Assembly: GCA_964016885.1 (NCBI GenBank)
Contig: OZ024741.1
Span: 254,138,001-254,202,000, forward strand
DNA: 64,000 nt
Direction of reading: 5' to 3'
Source of the DNA: Eledone cirrhosa
Lineage: Eukaryota
Positions 24,401-39,161 of this stretch are shown here, piece after piece (position 1 is the stretch's first letter; the number at the start of each line of letters is the position of its first letter). The notes beneath the pieces are model-generated. The model searched no databases. It was not told where the DNA came from and saw only the letters and a program-made list of their open reading frames with translations. A program made the position numbers and the translations under genes.

Positions 24401-27400
24401 GTCTATCCAGTCAACAGCCATAGTCAGTCTATACTGTCAACATCTACACACTGTGTCTATCCAGTCAACAGCTACACAGTGGCTATCTATACTGTCAACA
24501 TGTAAACACTGTGTCTATCCAGTCAACAGCCACACAGTCACTATCTATACTGTCAACATCTACACACTGTGTCTATCCAGTCAACAGCTACACAGTGGCT
24601 ATCTATACAGTCAACATGTAAACACTGTGTCTATCCAGTCAACAGCCACACAGTCACTATCTATACTGTCAACATCTACACACTGTGTCTATCCAGTCAA
24701 CAGCCACACAGTGGCTATCTATACTGTCAACATCTACACACTGTGTCTATCCAGTCAACAGCCACACAGTCACTATCTATACTGTCAACATCTAAACACT
24801 GTGTCTATCCAGTCAACAGCTACACAGTGGCTATCTATACTGTCAACATGTAAACACTGTGTCTATCCAGTCAACAGCTACACAGTGGCTATCTATACTG
24901 TCAACATGTAAACACTGTGTCTATCCAGTCAACAGCTACACAGTGGCTATCTATACTGTCAACATCTACACACTGTGTCTATCCAGTCAACAGCTACACA
25001 GTGGCTATCTATACTGTCAACATGTAAACACTGTGTCTATCCAGTCAACAGCCACACAGTCACTATCTATACTGTCAACACCTACACACTGTGTCTATCC
25101 AGTCAACAGCTACACAGTGGCTATCTATACTGTCAACATGTAAACACTGTGTCTATCCAGTCAACAGCTACACAATGGCTATCTATACTGTCAACATCTA
25201 CACACTGTGTCTATCCAGTCAACAGCTACACAGTGGCTATCTATACTGTCAACATGTAAACACTGTGTCTATCCAGTCAACAGCCACACAGTCACTATCT
25301 ATACTGTCAACATCTACACACTGTGTCTATCCAGTCAACAGCTACACAGTGGCTATCTATACTGTCAACATGTAAACACTGTGTCTATCCAGTCAACAGC
25401 TACACAGTGGCTATCTATACTGTCAACATCTACACACTGTGTCTATCCAGTCAACAGCTACACAGTGGCTATCTATACTGTCAACATCTACACACTGTGT
25501 CTATCCAGTCAACCGCCACACAGTCACTATCTATACTGTCAACATCTACACACTGTGTCTATCCTGTCAACAGCTACACAGTGGCTATCTATACTGTCAA
25601 CATGTAAACACTGTGTCTATCCAGTCAACAGCCACACAGTGGCTATCTATACTGTCAACATCTACACACTGTGTCTATCCAGTCAACAGCTACACAGTGG
25701 CTATCTATACTGTCAACATCTACACACTGTGTCTATCCAGTCAACAGCCACACAGTGGCTATCTATACTGTCAACATCTACACACTGTGTCTATCCAGTC
25801 AACAGCTACACAGTGGCTATCTATACTGTCAACATGTAAACACTGTGTCTATCCAGTCAACAGCCACACAGTGGCTATCTATACTGTCAACATCTACACA
25901 ATGTGTCTATCCAGTCAACAGCTACACAGTGGCTATCTATACTGTCAACATGTAAACACTGTGTCTATCCAGTCAACAGCCACACAGTCACTATCTATAC
26001 TGTCAACATCTACACACTGTGTCTATCCAGTCAACAGCTACACAGTGGCTATCTATACTGTCAACATCTACACACTGTGTCTATCCAGTCAACAGCCACA
26101 CAGTCACTATCTATACTGTCCACATCTACACACTGTGTCTATCCAGTCAACAGCTACACAGTGGCTATCTATACTGTCAACATCTACACACTGTGTCTAT
26201 CCAGTCAACAGCTACACAGTGGCTATCTATACTATCAACATGTAAACACTGTGTCTATCCAGTCAACAGCTACACAGTGGCTATCTATACTGTCAACATC
26301 TACACACTGTGTCTATCCAGTCAACAGCTACACAGTGGCTATCTATACTGTCAACATCTACACACTGTGTCTATCCAGTCAACAGCCACACAGTCACTAT
26401 CTATACTGTCAACATCTACACACTGTGTCTATCCAGTCAACAGCTACACAGTGGCTATCTATACTGTCAACATCTACACACTGTGTCTATCCAGTCAACA
26501 GCTACAAAGTGGCTATCCATACTGTCAACATCTAAACACTGTGTCTATCCAGTCAACAGCTACACAGTGGCTATCTATACTGTCAACTTGTAAACACTGT
26601 GTCTATCCAGTCAACAGCTACACAGTGGCTATCTATACTGTCAACATGTAAACACTGTGTCTATCCAGTCAACAGCTACACAGTGGCTATCTATACTGTC
26701 AACATGTAAACACTGTGTCTATCCAGTCAACAGCTACACAGTGGCTATCTATACTGTCAACATGTAAACACTGTGTCTATCCAGTCAACAGCTACACAGT
26801 GGCTATCTATACTGTCAACATGTAAACACTGTGTCTATCCAGTCAACAGCTACACTGGCTATCTATACTGTCAACATCTACACACTGTGTCTATCCAGTC
26901 AACAGCTACACAGTGGCTATCTATACTGTCAACATCTACACACTGTGTCTATCCAGTCAACAGCCACACAGTGGCTATCTATACTGTCAACATCTACACA
27001 CTGTGTCTATCCAGTCAACAGCTACACAGTGGCTATCTATACTGTCAACATGTAAACACTGTGTCAATCCAGTCAACAGCTACACAGTGGCTATCTATAC
27101 TGTCAACATCTACACACTGTGTCTATCCAGTCAACAGCTACACAGTGGATATCTATACTGTCAACATCTACACACTGTGTCTATCCAGTCAACAGCCACA
27201 CAGTCACTATCTATACTGTCAACATCTACACACTGTGTCTATCCAGTCAACAGCTACACAGTGGCTATCTATACTGTCAACATCTACACACTGTGTCTAT
27301 CCAGTCAACAGCTACACAGTGGCTATCTATACTGTCAACATCTACACACTGTGTCTATCCAGTCAACAGCCACACAGTCACTATCTATACTGTCAACATC

Positions 27401-30400
27401 TACACACTGTGTCTATCCAGTCAACAGCTACACAGTGGCTATCTATACTGTCAACATCTAAACACTGTGTCTATCCAGTCAACAGCTACACAGTTGCTAT
27501 CTATACTGTCAACATGTAAACACTGTGTCTATCCAGTCAACAGCTACACAGTGGCTATCTATACTGTCAACATGTAAACACTGTGTCTATCCACTCAACA
27601 GCCACACAGTGGCTATCTATACTGTCAACATCTACACACTGTGTCTATCCAGTCAACAGCTACACAGTGGCTATCTATACTGTCAACATCTACACACTGT
27701 GTCTATCCAGTCAACAGCTACACAGTGGCTATCTATACTGTCAACATCTACACACTGTGTCTATCCAGTCAACAGCCACACTGTGTCTATCGAGTCAACA
27801 GCTACACAGTGGCTATCTATACTGTCAACATGTAAACACTGTGTCTATCCAGTCAACAGCCACATAGTCACTATCTATACTGTCAACATCTACACACTGT
27901 GTCTATCCAGTCAACAGCCACACAGTGGCTATCTATACTGTCAACATCTACACACTGTGTCTATCCAGTCAACAGCTACACAGTGGCTATCTATACTTTC
28001 AACATCTACACACTGTGCCTATCCAGTCAACAGCCACAGTCAGTCTATACTGTCAACATCTACACACTGTGTCTATCCAGTCAACAGCTACACAGTGACT
28101 ATCTATACTGTCAACATGTAAACACTGTGTCTATCCAATCAACAGCCACACAGTCACCATCTATACTGTCAACATCTACACACTGTGTCTATCCAGTTAA
28201 CAGCTACACAGTGGCTATCTATACAGTCAACATGTAAACACTGTGTCTATCCAGTCAACAGCCACACAGTCACTATCTATACTGTCAACATCTACACACT
28301 GTGTCTATCCAGTCAACAGCCACACAGTGGCTATCTATACTGTCAACATCTACACACTGTGTCTATCCAGTCAACAGCCACACAGTCACTATCTATACTG
28401 TCAACATCTACACACTGTGTCTATCCAGTCAACAGCTACACAGTGGCTATCTATACTGTCAACATCTACACACTGTGTCTATCCAGTCAACAGCCACAGT
28501 CAGTCTATACTGTCAACATCTACACACTGTGTCTATCCAGTCAACAGCTACACAGTGGCTATCTATACTGTCAACATGTAAACACTGTGTCTATCCAGTC
28601 AACAGCCACACAGTCACTATCTATACTGTCAACATCTACACACTGTGTCTATCCAGTTAACAGCTACACAGTGGCTATCTATACAGTCAACATGTAAACA
28701 CTGTGTCTATCCAGTCAACAGCCACACAGTCACTATCTATACTGTCAACATCTACACACTGTGTCTATCCAGTCAACAGCCACACAGTGGCTATCTATAC
28801 TGTCAACATCTACACACTGTGTCTATCCAGTCAACAGCCACACAGTCACTATCTATACTGTCAACATCTAAACACTGTGTCTATCCAGTCAACAGCTACA
28901 CAGTGGCTATCTATACTGTCAACATGTAAACACTGTGTCTATCCAGTCAACAGCTACACAGTGGCTATCTATACTGTCAACATGTAAACACTGTGTCTAT
29001 CCAGTCAACAGCTACACAGTGGCTATCTATACTGTCAACATCTACACACTGTGTCTATCCAGTCAACAGCTACACAGTGGCTATCTATACTGTCAACATG
29101 TAAACACTGTGTCTATCCAGTCGTCAGCCACACAGTCACTATCTATACTGTCAACACCTACACACTGTGTCTATCCAGACAACAGCTACACAGTGGCTAT
29201 CTATACTGTCAACATGTAAACACTGTGTCTATCCAGTCAACAGCTACACAGTGGCTATCTATACTGTCAACATCTACACACTGTGTCTATCCAGTCAACA
29301 GCTACACAGTGGCTATCTATACTGTCAACATGTAAACACTGTGTCTATCCAGTCAACAGCCACACAGTCACTATCTATACTGTCAACATCTACACACTGT
29401 GTCTATCCAGTCAACAGCTACACAGTGGCTATCTATACTGTCAACATGTAAACACTGTGTCTATCCAGTCAACAACTACACAGTGGCTATCTATACTGTC
29501 AACATCTACACACTGTGTCTATCCAGTCAACAGCTACACAGTGGCTATTTATACTGTCAACATCTACACACTGTGTCTATCCAGTCAACAGCCACACAGT
29601 CACTATCTATACTGTCAACATCTACACACTGTGTCTATCCTGTCAACAGCTACACAGTGGCTATCTATACTGTCAACATGTAAACACTGTGTCTATCCAG
29701 TCAACAGCCACACAGTGGCTATCTATACTGTCAACATCTACACACTGTGTCTATCCAGTCAACAGCTACACAGTGGCTATCTATACTGTCAACATCTACA
29801 CACTGTGTCTATCCAGTCAACAGCCACACAGTGGCTATCTATACTGTCAACATCTACACAATGTGTCTATCCAGTCAACAGCTACACAGTGGCTATCTAT
29901 ACTGTCAACATGTAAACACTGTGTCTATCCAGTCAACAGCCACACAGTCACTATCTATACTGTCAACATCTACACACTGTGTCTATCCAGTCAACAGCTA
30001 CACAGTGGCTATCTATACTGTCAACATCTACACACTGTGTCTATCCAGTCAACAGCCACACAGTCACTATCTATACTGTCCACATCTACACACTGTGTCT
30101 ATCCAGTCAACAGCTACACAGTGGCTATCTATACTGTCAACATCTACACACTGTGTCTATCCAGTCAACAGCTACACAGTGGCTATCTATACTATCAACA
30201 TGTAAACACTGTGTCTATCCAGTCAACAGCTACACAGTGGCTATCTATACTGTCAACATCTACACACTGTGTCTATCCAGTCAACAGCTACACAGTGGCT
30301 ATCTATACTGTCAACATCTACACACTGTGTCTATCCAATCAACAGCCACACAGTCACTATCTATACTGTCAACATCTACACACTGTGTCTATCCAGTCAA

Positions 30401-33400
30401 CAGCTACACAGTGGCTATCTATACTGTCAACATCTACACACTGTGTCTATCCAGTCAACAGCTACACAGTGGCTATCCATACTGTCAACATCTAAACACT
30501 GTGTCTATCCAGTCAACAGCTACACAGTGGCTATCTATACTGTCAACATGAAAACACTGTGTCTATCCAGTCAACAGCTACACAGTGGCTATCTATACTG
30601 TCAACATGTAAACACTGTGTCTATCCAGTCAAAAGCTACACAGTGGCTATCTATACTGTCAACATGTAAACACTGTGTCTATCCAGTCAACAGCTACACA
30701 GTGGCTATCTATACTGTCAACATGTAAACACTGTGTCTATCCAGTCAACAGCTACACAGTGGCTATCTATACTGTCAACATGTAAACACTGTGTCTATCC
30801 AGTCAACAGCCACACAGTGGCTATCTATACTGTCAACATCTAGACACTGTGTCTATCCAGTCAACAGCTACACTGGCTATCTATACTGTCAACATCTACA
30901 CACTGTGTCTATCCAGTCAACAGCTACACAGTGGCTATCTATACTGTCAACATCTACACACTGTGTCTATCCAGTCAACAGCCACACGGTGGCTATCTAT
31001 ACTGTCAACATCTACACACTGTGTCTATCCAGTCAACAGCTACACAGTGGCTATCTATACTGTCAACATGTAAACACTGTGTCTATCCAGTCAACAGCTA
31101 CACAGTGGCTATCTATACTGTCAACATCTACACACTGTGTCTATCCAGTCAACAGCTACACAGTGGATATCTATACTGTCAACATCTACACACTGTGTCT
31201 ATCCAGTCAACAGCCACACAGTCACTATCTATACTGTCAACATCTACACACTGTGTCTATCCAGTCAACAGCTACACAGTGGCTATCTATACTGTCAACA
31301 TCTACCCACTGTGTCTATCCAGTCAACAGCTACACAGTGGCTATCTATACTGTCAACATCTACACACTGTGTCTATCCAGTCAACAGCCACACAGTCACT
31401 ATCTATACTGTCAACATCTACACACTGTGTCTATCCAGTCAACAGCTACACAGTGGCTATCTATACTGTCAACATCTAAACACTGTGTCTATCCAGTCAA
31501 CAGCTACACAGTTGCTATCTATACTGTCAACATGTAAACACTGTGTCTATCCAGTCAACAGCTACACAGTGGCTATCTATACTGTCAACATGTAAACACT
31601 GTGTCTATCCAGTCAACAGCCACACAGTGGCTATCTATACTGTCAACATCTACACACTGTGTCTATCCAGTCAACAGCTACACAGTGGCTATCTATACTG
31701 TCAACATCTACACACTGTGTCTATCCAGTCAACAGCTACACAGTGGCTATCTATACTGTCAACATCTACACACTGTGTCTATCCAGTCAACAGCCACACT
31801 GTGTCTATCCAGTCAACAGCTACACAGTGGCTATCTATACTGTCAACATGTAAACACTGTGTCTATCCAGTCAACAGCCACATAGTCACTATCTATACTG
31901 TCAACATCTACACACTGTGTCTATCCAGTCAACACCTACACAGTGGCTATCTATACTGTCAACATCTACACACTGTGTCTATCCAGTCAACAGCCACACA
32001 GTCACTATCTATACTGTCAACATCTACACACTGTGTCTATCCAGTCAACAGCTACACAGTGGCTATCCATACTGTCAACATCTAAACACTGTGTCTATCC
32101 AGTCAACAGCTACACAGTGGCTATCTATACTGTCAACATGTAAACACTGTGTCTATCCAGTCAACAGCTACACAGTGGCTATCTATACTGTCAACATGTA
32201 AACACTGTGTCTATCCAGTCAACAGCCACACAGTCACTATCTATACTGTCAACATGTAAACACTGTGTCTATCCAGTCAACAGCTACACAGTGGCTATCT
32301 ATACTGTCAACATGTAAACACTGTGTCTATCCAGTCAACAGCTACACAGTGGCTATCTATACTGTCAACATGTAAACACTGTGTCTATCCAGTCAACAGC
32401 TACACAGTGGCTATCTATACTGTCAACATGTAAACACTGTGTCTATCCAGTCAACAGCTACACAGTGGCTATCTATACTGTCAACATGTAAACACTGTGT
32501 CTATCCAGTCAACAGCCACACAGTGGCTATCTATACTGTCAACATCTAGACACTGTGTCTATCCAGTCAACAGCTACACTGGCTATCTATACTGTCAACA
32601 TCTACACACTGTGTCTATCCAGTCAACAGCTACACAGTGGCTATCTATACTGTCAACATCTACACACTGTGTCTATCCAGTCAACAGCCACACAGTGGCT
32701 ATCTATACTGTCAACATCTACACACTGTGTCTATCCAGTCAACAGCTACACAGTGGCTATCTATACTGTCAACATGTAAACACTGTGTCTATCCAGTCAA
32801 CAGCTACACAGTGGCTATCTATACTGTCAACATCTACACACTGTGTCTATCCAGTCAACAGCTACACAGTGGCTATCTATACTGTCAACATCTACACACT
32901 GTGTCTATCCAGTCAACAGCCACACAGTCACTATCTATACTGTCAACATCTACACACTGTGTCTATCCAGTCAACAGCTACACAGTGGCTATCTATACTG
33001 TCAACATCTACACACTGTGTCTATCCAGTCAACAGCTACACAGTGGCTATCTATACTGTAAACATCTACACACTGTGTCTATCCAGTCAACAGCCACACA
33101 GTCACTATCTATACTGTCAACATCTACACACTGTGTCTATCCAGTCAACAGCTACACAGTGGCTATCTATACTGTCAACATCTAAACACTGTGTCTATCC
33201 AGTCAACAGCTACACAGTTGCTATCTATACTGTCAACATGTAAACACTGTGTCTATCCAGTCAACAGCTACACAGTGGCTATCTATACTGTCAACATGTA
33301 AACACTGTGTCTATCCAGTCAACAGCCACACAGTGGCTATCTATACTGTCAACATCTACACACTGTGTCTATCCAGTCAACAGCTACACAGTGGCTATCT

Positions 33401-35378
33401 ATACTGTCAACATCTACACACTGTGTCTATCCAGTCAACAGCTACACAGTGGCTATCTATACTGTCAACATCTACACACTGTGTCTATCCAGTCAACAGC
33501 CACACTGTGTCTATCCAGTCAACAGCTACACAGTGGCTATCTATACTGTCAACATGTAAACACTGTGTCTATCCAGTCAACAGCCACATAGTCACTATCT
33601 ATACTGTCAACATCTACACACTGTGTCTATCCAGTCAACACCTACACAGTGGCTATCTATACTGTCAACATCTACACACTGTGTCTATCCAGTCAACAGC
33701 CACACAGTCACTATCTATACTGTCAACATCTACACACTGTGTCTATCCAGTCAACAGCTACACAGTGGCTATCCATACTGTCAACATCTAAACACTGTGT
33801 CTATCCAGTCAACAGCTACACAGTGGCTATCTATACTGTCAACATGTAAACACTGTGTCTATCCAGTCAACAGCTACACAGTGGCTATCTATACTGTCAA
33901 CATGTAAACACTGTGTCTATCCAGTCAACAGCTACACAGTGGCTATCTATACTGTCAACATGTAAACACTGTGTCTATCCAGTCAACAGCTACACAGTGG
34001 CTATCTATACTGTCAACATGTAAACACTGTGTCTATCCAGTCAACAGCCACACAGTGGCTATCTATACTGTCAACATCTAGACACTGTGTCTATCCAGTC
34101 AACAGCTACACTGTGGCTATCTATACTGTCAACATCTACACACTGTGTCTATCCAGTCAACAGCTACACAGTGGCTATCTATACTGTCAACATCTACACA
34201 CTGTGTCTATCCAGTCAACAGCTACACAGTCACTATCTATACTGTCAACATCTACACACTGTGTCTATCCAGTCAATAGCTACACAGTGGCTATCTATAC
34301 TGTCAACATGTAAACACTGTGTCTATCCAGTCAACAGCCACACAGTCACTATCTATACTGTCAACATCTACACACTGTGTCTATCCAGTCAACAGCTACA
34401 CAGTGGCTATCTATACTGTCAACATGTAAACACTGTGTCTATCCAGTCAACAGCCACACAGTCACTCTCTATACTGTCAACATCTACACACTGTGTCTAT
34501 CCAGTCAACAGCTACACAGTGGCTATCTATACTGTCAACATGTAAACACTGTGTCTATCCAGTCAACAGCTACACAGTGGCTATCTATACTGTCAACATG
34601 TAAACACTGTGTCTATCCAGTCAACAGCCACACAGTCACTATCTATACTGTCAACATCTACACACTGTGTCTATCCAGTCAACAGCTACACAGTGGCTAT
34701 CTATACTGTCAACATCTAAACACTGTGTCTATCCAGTCAACAGCCACACAGTCACTATCTATACTGTAAACATCTACACACTGTGTCTATCCAGTCAACA
34801 GCTACACAGTGGCTATCTATACTGTCAACATCTACACACTGTGTCTATCGAGTCATCAGCTACACAGTGGCTATCTATACTGTCAACATCTACACACTGT
34901 GTCTATCCAGTCAACAGCTACACAGTGGCTATCTATACTGTCAACATGTAAACACTGTGTCTATCCAGTCAACAGCCACACAGTCACTATCTATACTGTC
35001 AACATCTACACACTGTGTCTATCCAGTCAACAGCTACACAGTGGCTATCTATACTGTCAACATGTAAACACTGTGTCTATCCAGTCAACAGCTACACAGT
35101 GGCTATCTATACTGTCAACATGTAACACTGTGTCTATCCAGTCAACAGCCACACAGTCACTATCTATACTGTCAACATCTACACACTGTGTCTATCCAGT
35201 CAACAGCTACACAGTGGCTATCTATACTGTCAACATCTACACAATGTGTCTATCCAGTCAACAGCTACACAGTGGCTATCTATACTGTCAACATCTACAC
35301 ACTGTGTCTATCCAGTCAACAGCTACACAGTGGCTATCTATACTGTCAACATCTACACACTGTGTCTATCCAGTCAAC
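21430..35378. repeat. 58-bp satellite array, about 240 units; degenerate monomers at about 21185-21430
   Basis: Unit ACACTGTGTCTATCCAGTCAACAGCT+ACACAGTGGCTATCTATACTGTCAACATCTAC (26+32-nt related halves); copy number is length divided by 58. Confidence 0.98.
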
Positions 35379-35924
35379 ATATTGTATCTCTCTCTCTCTC
35401 TCTCTTTCTCTCTCTACCATACCTGCACTGCCATTACACTCTAACTATTCTTAAACTGACTCTTGAAGCTAGTCTTGCTATTGTTTTCAAAACGTTTTGT
35501 TGGGAAAAGATTTTAAAAGAATTCTTTACATTATTTTGTGAAGGAAATCTATAGTTTTAGAGATTTCTCGAAATCTTGAAATTCTCGAGTACTCTTGCTA
35601 TCTGTGGTTATTGTTGTTGTTAAGTACCAGTAATGCACTTGGTAATTGCTGACCTTGTGCCCAAAGTAGAAACAATTATTATGATTGAGATATGAGTTAA
35701 GAGCCTCCAACCAATGTGAAATATCGATATGCAAAAATAAATTCTCCTGAAGGTCAAGTTATAAAACTATAAAAATTTTATAAAGACTAAAAACATTTTT
35801 TTTTCTAAATTTGAAAAATTTAAATTTTGAAGTTGTCACAGAACTGCACCAGGAGGAACTTTAGGTCAGCAGAATTATATATCAATTTGACAATGCCTTG
35901 AATCTTTGGTGTTTTTAAAATTAG

Positions 35925-35954
<30 letters not shown>

Positions 35955-35958
<4 letters not shown>

Positions 35959-36678
35959 CATCATCACCATTTAACATCCATTTTCCATGCTAGTATGGGT
36001 TATATCATCATCATCATCACCGTTTTATGTCCGTTCTTCCATGCTAGCATGGCTTAGACGGGTTGTCCTGTTGTGGGCAGTATCCGGTCGTCTGACCTTG
36101 TCTTGCTCATATGGGAACTGATTCTGGCTTGATTTCTACAGCTGGGTGCCCATCCTAACACCAACCTCATTTACAATGAGTGCTGGGTGCTTTTTTTCCA
36201 TGGCGCCTACACGTCCACTTTACAGTGTGGGCTGGGTGCTTTTTTGCTATGGCGGTGTTAGGGAAGGTAAATGAGGGAGGAGGAGGGAAATGCTAGTTGC
36301 AGGCTAGTGTACTCTACATGGTTTTCCTTCCTGTGCACATGGGAAGGCAGGTCTTCTGCAGTACAGCATAACATGAGAACCCAATCTTGTGTCATCTTCT
36401 TTGAGAGGGTTAATTGTGCAAGGTCAGCTTATATCACTTCATCCTAAGTTTTTCCATCTCTTCCCCTTCCATAGCTTCCATCACTTTTGAGCACCCTGCA
36501 CCTTTTTATACATTTGTCATCCTCCATACTATGCATCACATGTCCGTACCATTACCATCTCCTTTTCTGCATACTGCATTTGATTTCTCTTATACCCAAT
36601 TTTTCTCTTAGTTCATTTACACCTCATCATTCATGCCCACTACTATTACACATCTGTCAAAGTATACAAGCTTCATTT
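35955..36678 (-). mobile_element. RTE 3' fragment; 36258-36678 is a near-identical inverted copy of 19841-20262
   Basis: ORF track gives almost identical peptides (MSTLHLFIHLSS.., MCKVSLYHFIL..) on opposite strands at both sites. Confidence 0.9.
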
Positions 36679-36769
36679 CATAATTATGATGTTAAGTACT
36701 CTCTTCCACTCTCTTTCTTTCTCTCCCTCTCTTAGACACACACAATATAGAAAATATTATGTTCCTTAC

Positions 36770-36790
36770 CTGCCTGGTGGTGTGAATGAT
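36770..36790 (-). CDS. Gene B exon 5 (21 nt): (H)HSHHQA
   Basis: ttttgatattttcAG acceptor, AG|GTAAGG donor, phase 1-1. Confidence 0.8.
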
Positions 36791-38131
36791 CTGAAAATAT
36801 CAAAATTATATTTAGCTTAGCAAGGAATTAAAATAACACATTAAATATTAAAATCACAAATCACAAGTGAAAAGTTTGCAAATTATTAGCAACATCTCAT
36901 AATGTGGAAAATTATTAGCAATATTCCAATAATGTAGAAATTATTAGCAACATTGAATAATGTACCAATATATTAGCAACAACCTAATAATATACAAATC
37001 TATATTCGCAACAACCCATAATGTATCAATAGCAATATAATAGTAATAAAGTAAATTATATCAGTATGATGATGTCCCATGATATAGCATAAAACTTGAA
37101 GCTGACATTCCATATAAGGGCAACAAGTTATCACTGTCATCCTCGCCATTGTCGTTGTCATCATTACCATCATTATTTTATGTCTCTTTTCTGTGCTGGC
37201 AGGAGCTGAACAGGTTGTCACGGTTCAAGACTAGATTGGTCAGAGCAACCAATCTTGTCCATTATGTTCTGTATTTGGTATCATATCTACAGCTAGATAT
37301 CCTTCCTAACACCAACCATTTTATAGGCTGTGTTGAGTGTATTTTTCATGACACCAGCACTGGTGTGATTTTTGTGACAGCAGAATCATCACTTTACAGA
37401 GTGGACTGGGTATATTTAATTAAAAATTCATAGAGATGAATTCTGCTGTTTCAGTCAAGAAAGGCGAAGGGACATATAGACTCTACAAGAAATAACAGTC
37501 AAATCTTCTTCAAATCACACTCCATTATTCTAAATAAGGGAATGACACAGGATAATGTTGTCTTAGTCATAGTTCTAATTCAAAAAGGTGGTCATGGCTG
37601 GAACACCATTGATTATTGGCTGTCTTGGTCAAATTTAACTTGAGTGTCTTTATGGCACATCATCATCATCATCATTACATGTCTGTTTTTCCTGTTAGCA
37701 AGTGTTGGATAGGTCATCACAGATCAAGTCAGCAAGATGGGATCCTGCTTACATATCTTCCCACATTCTATAGTGTGTATCATATAATCATAGGACCTCC
37801 CTACCCTTTGTTTGGCAAGTTTTCTTCAACTGGATGCCTTTCCTTTCACTAACCCTTTACAGAATGTATTTAGTGCAATTTCTCATGTCATTAATGCTAA
37901 AGACATTGTTATGCCTTCGACACAACTGAAGAGACTTCTTAACCCATGTAGCAGCTTAATCTTCAGCATTCTAGAAACGTTAATGAATTACTTCCCTTGG
38001 CACTGCATTATGTATTGAGGGGAGATTACTCTATTGGAGAGATAATTCGCCTGTAGAGTCCAATAGGTAAGATAGGAATTAGTGTGTTAGTGTTTATCAA
38101 TAAGTGAGGTATATATATGTGTTATACTTAC

Positions 38132-38173
38132 GATCATGATCATAGCTATGCTCATGGCTTCCTTGATTGCCCT
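38132..38173 (-). CDS. Gene B exon 4 (42 nt): (E)GNQGSHEHSYDHD
   Basis: ctccctaatttcAG acceptor, GTAAGT donor, phase 1-1, His/Asp-rich frame. Confidence 0.8.
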
Positions 38174-38379
38174 CTGAAATTAGGGAGTACAACAACAATT
38201 TACTAGAAAGTCATAAAATATATATGCATTATTCAATCTATGCCTATGTACATGAATGTATGTATGTAAGTGTGTATGTAAATGTGTATGTATGTATCTA
38301 TAATATGTGTATTTATGTATGTCCGTATGTATGTATAAATGTAATTGTGTATGTATGTATGTATGTATGGGTATTATAA

Positions 38380-38920
38380 TTGCAGATAATTGCTTCTGGT
38401 AGAACCTGCTGATAGGCATTTTTGAGAATTCTGCCTAGGGCAAGGTGGTGTTTGGGCTATGCCCCACGGACAAAACTGCAAAAGCATTTCTGTGGATAAT
38501 TGCCAGCGACACCTGCTGCAATAGCCACTCCATCTCTTGGGGCTCCTTCTTCTGATGGGCTGCAGACATTCTGATTTTGCGGAGGAGTTCAGTAGGACAG
38601 GGACCGAGGATGCCTGAAGTCTCAACAGCAACTGGTGCGAAGAGGAAGCGGCTGGACAATCCCCAGTATTTGTTTGTCTTCCTGTCTTCTATATTGCAAG
38701 CCACACTACTAGGGTTTGTGGCCAAAGTGGCTAAGCTGGAGGCAGAGAACATATCACAACATGTGGCATCCCAGATGAGGCATCTACCTCCTTAAATCGA
38801 ATGAGGGTAATTCTGTTGGGGCACTTGCCATCTCCACAGTCAAGACCTACAGTTGGGATGGGAAGCTAGCTGCACCCAGGCTCCTTTTAATACACAACTT
38901 AACTGACAGTTATTTGTACC
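38380..38920 (-). mobile_element. Fragment of an RLE-type (CRE/NeSL/R2-like) non-LTR retrotransposon
   Basis: ..EDRKTNKY..FLFAPVAVETSGILG..QQVSLAIIHRNA, the typical restriction-like endonuclease C-terminus. Confidence 0.75.
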
Positions 38921-39122
38921 CATTTCATTCCTGACCACTATGCTACCACTCACACTACTCCAAAGAGACCCTTCTTCTCCACTTCTTCCCTAACAAAATA
39001 AACTATATTTATAATGAACATGTATCACATGAGGTTCATAGATAACTATGTTACTAGAATTCAGGAATCTATTTGCCCAGGTTTATCCATCTAATTACTA
39101 GGAACAATGTTACACAACTTAC

Positions 39123-39161
39123 CTCCATGTTGGTGGTGATCGTGATGATCATGCCCATGGT
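39123..39161 (-). CDS. Gene B exon 3 (39 nt): (H)HGHDHHDHHQHG
   Basis: tttatttctatctttctAG acceptor, AG|GTAAGT donor, phase 1-1. Confidence 0.85.

Noticed and set aside
21250-35554. Dozens of MSIQSTATQ.. ORFs, and a CRISPR-like look to the array
   Set aside because: The 58-bp unit is not a multiple of 3, stops are frequent, there are no unique spacers and no cas genes; it is a eukaryotic satellite.
37753-37767. Possible extra 15-nt gene B exon (donor GTAAGC)
   Set aside because: Acceptor lacks a pyrimidine tract and the encoded CGKI does not fit the His-rich composition.
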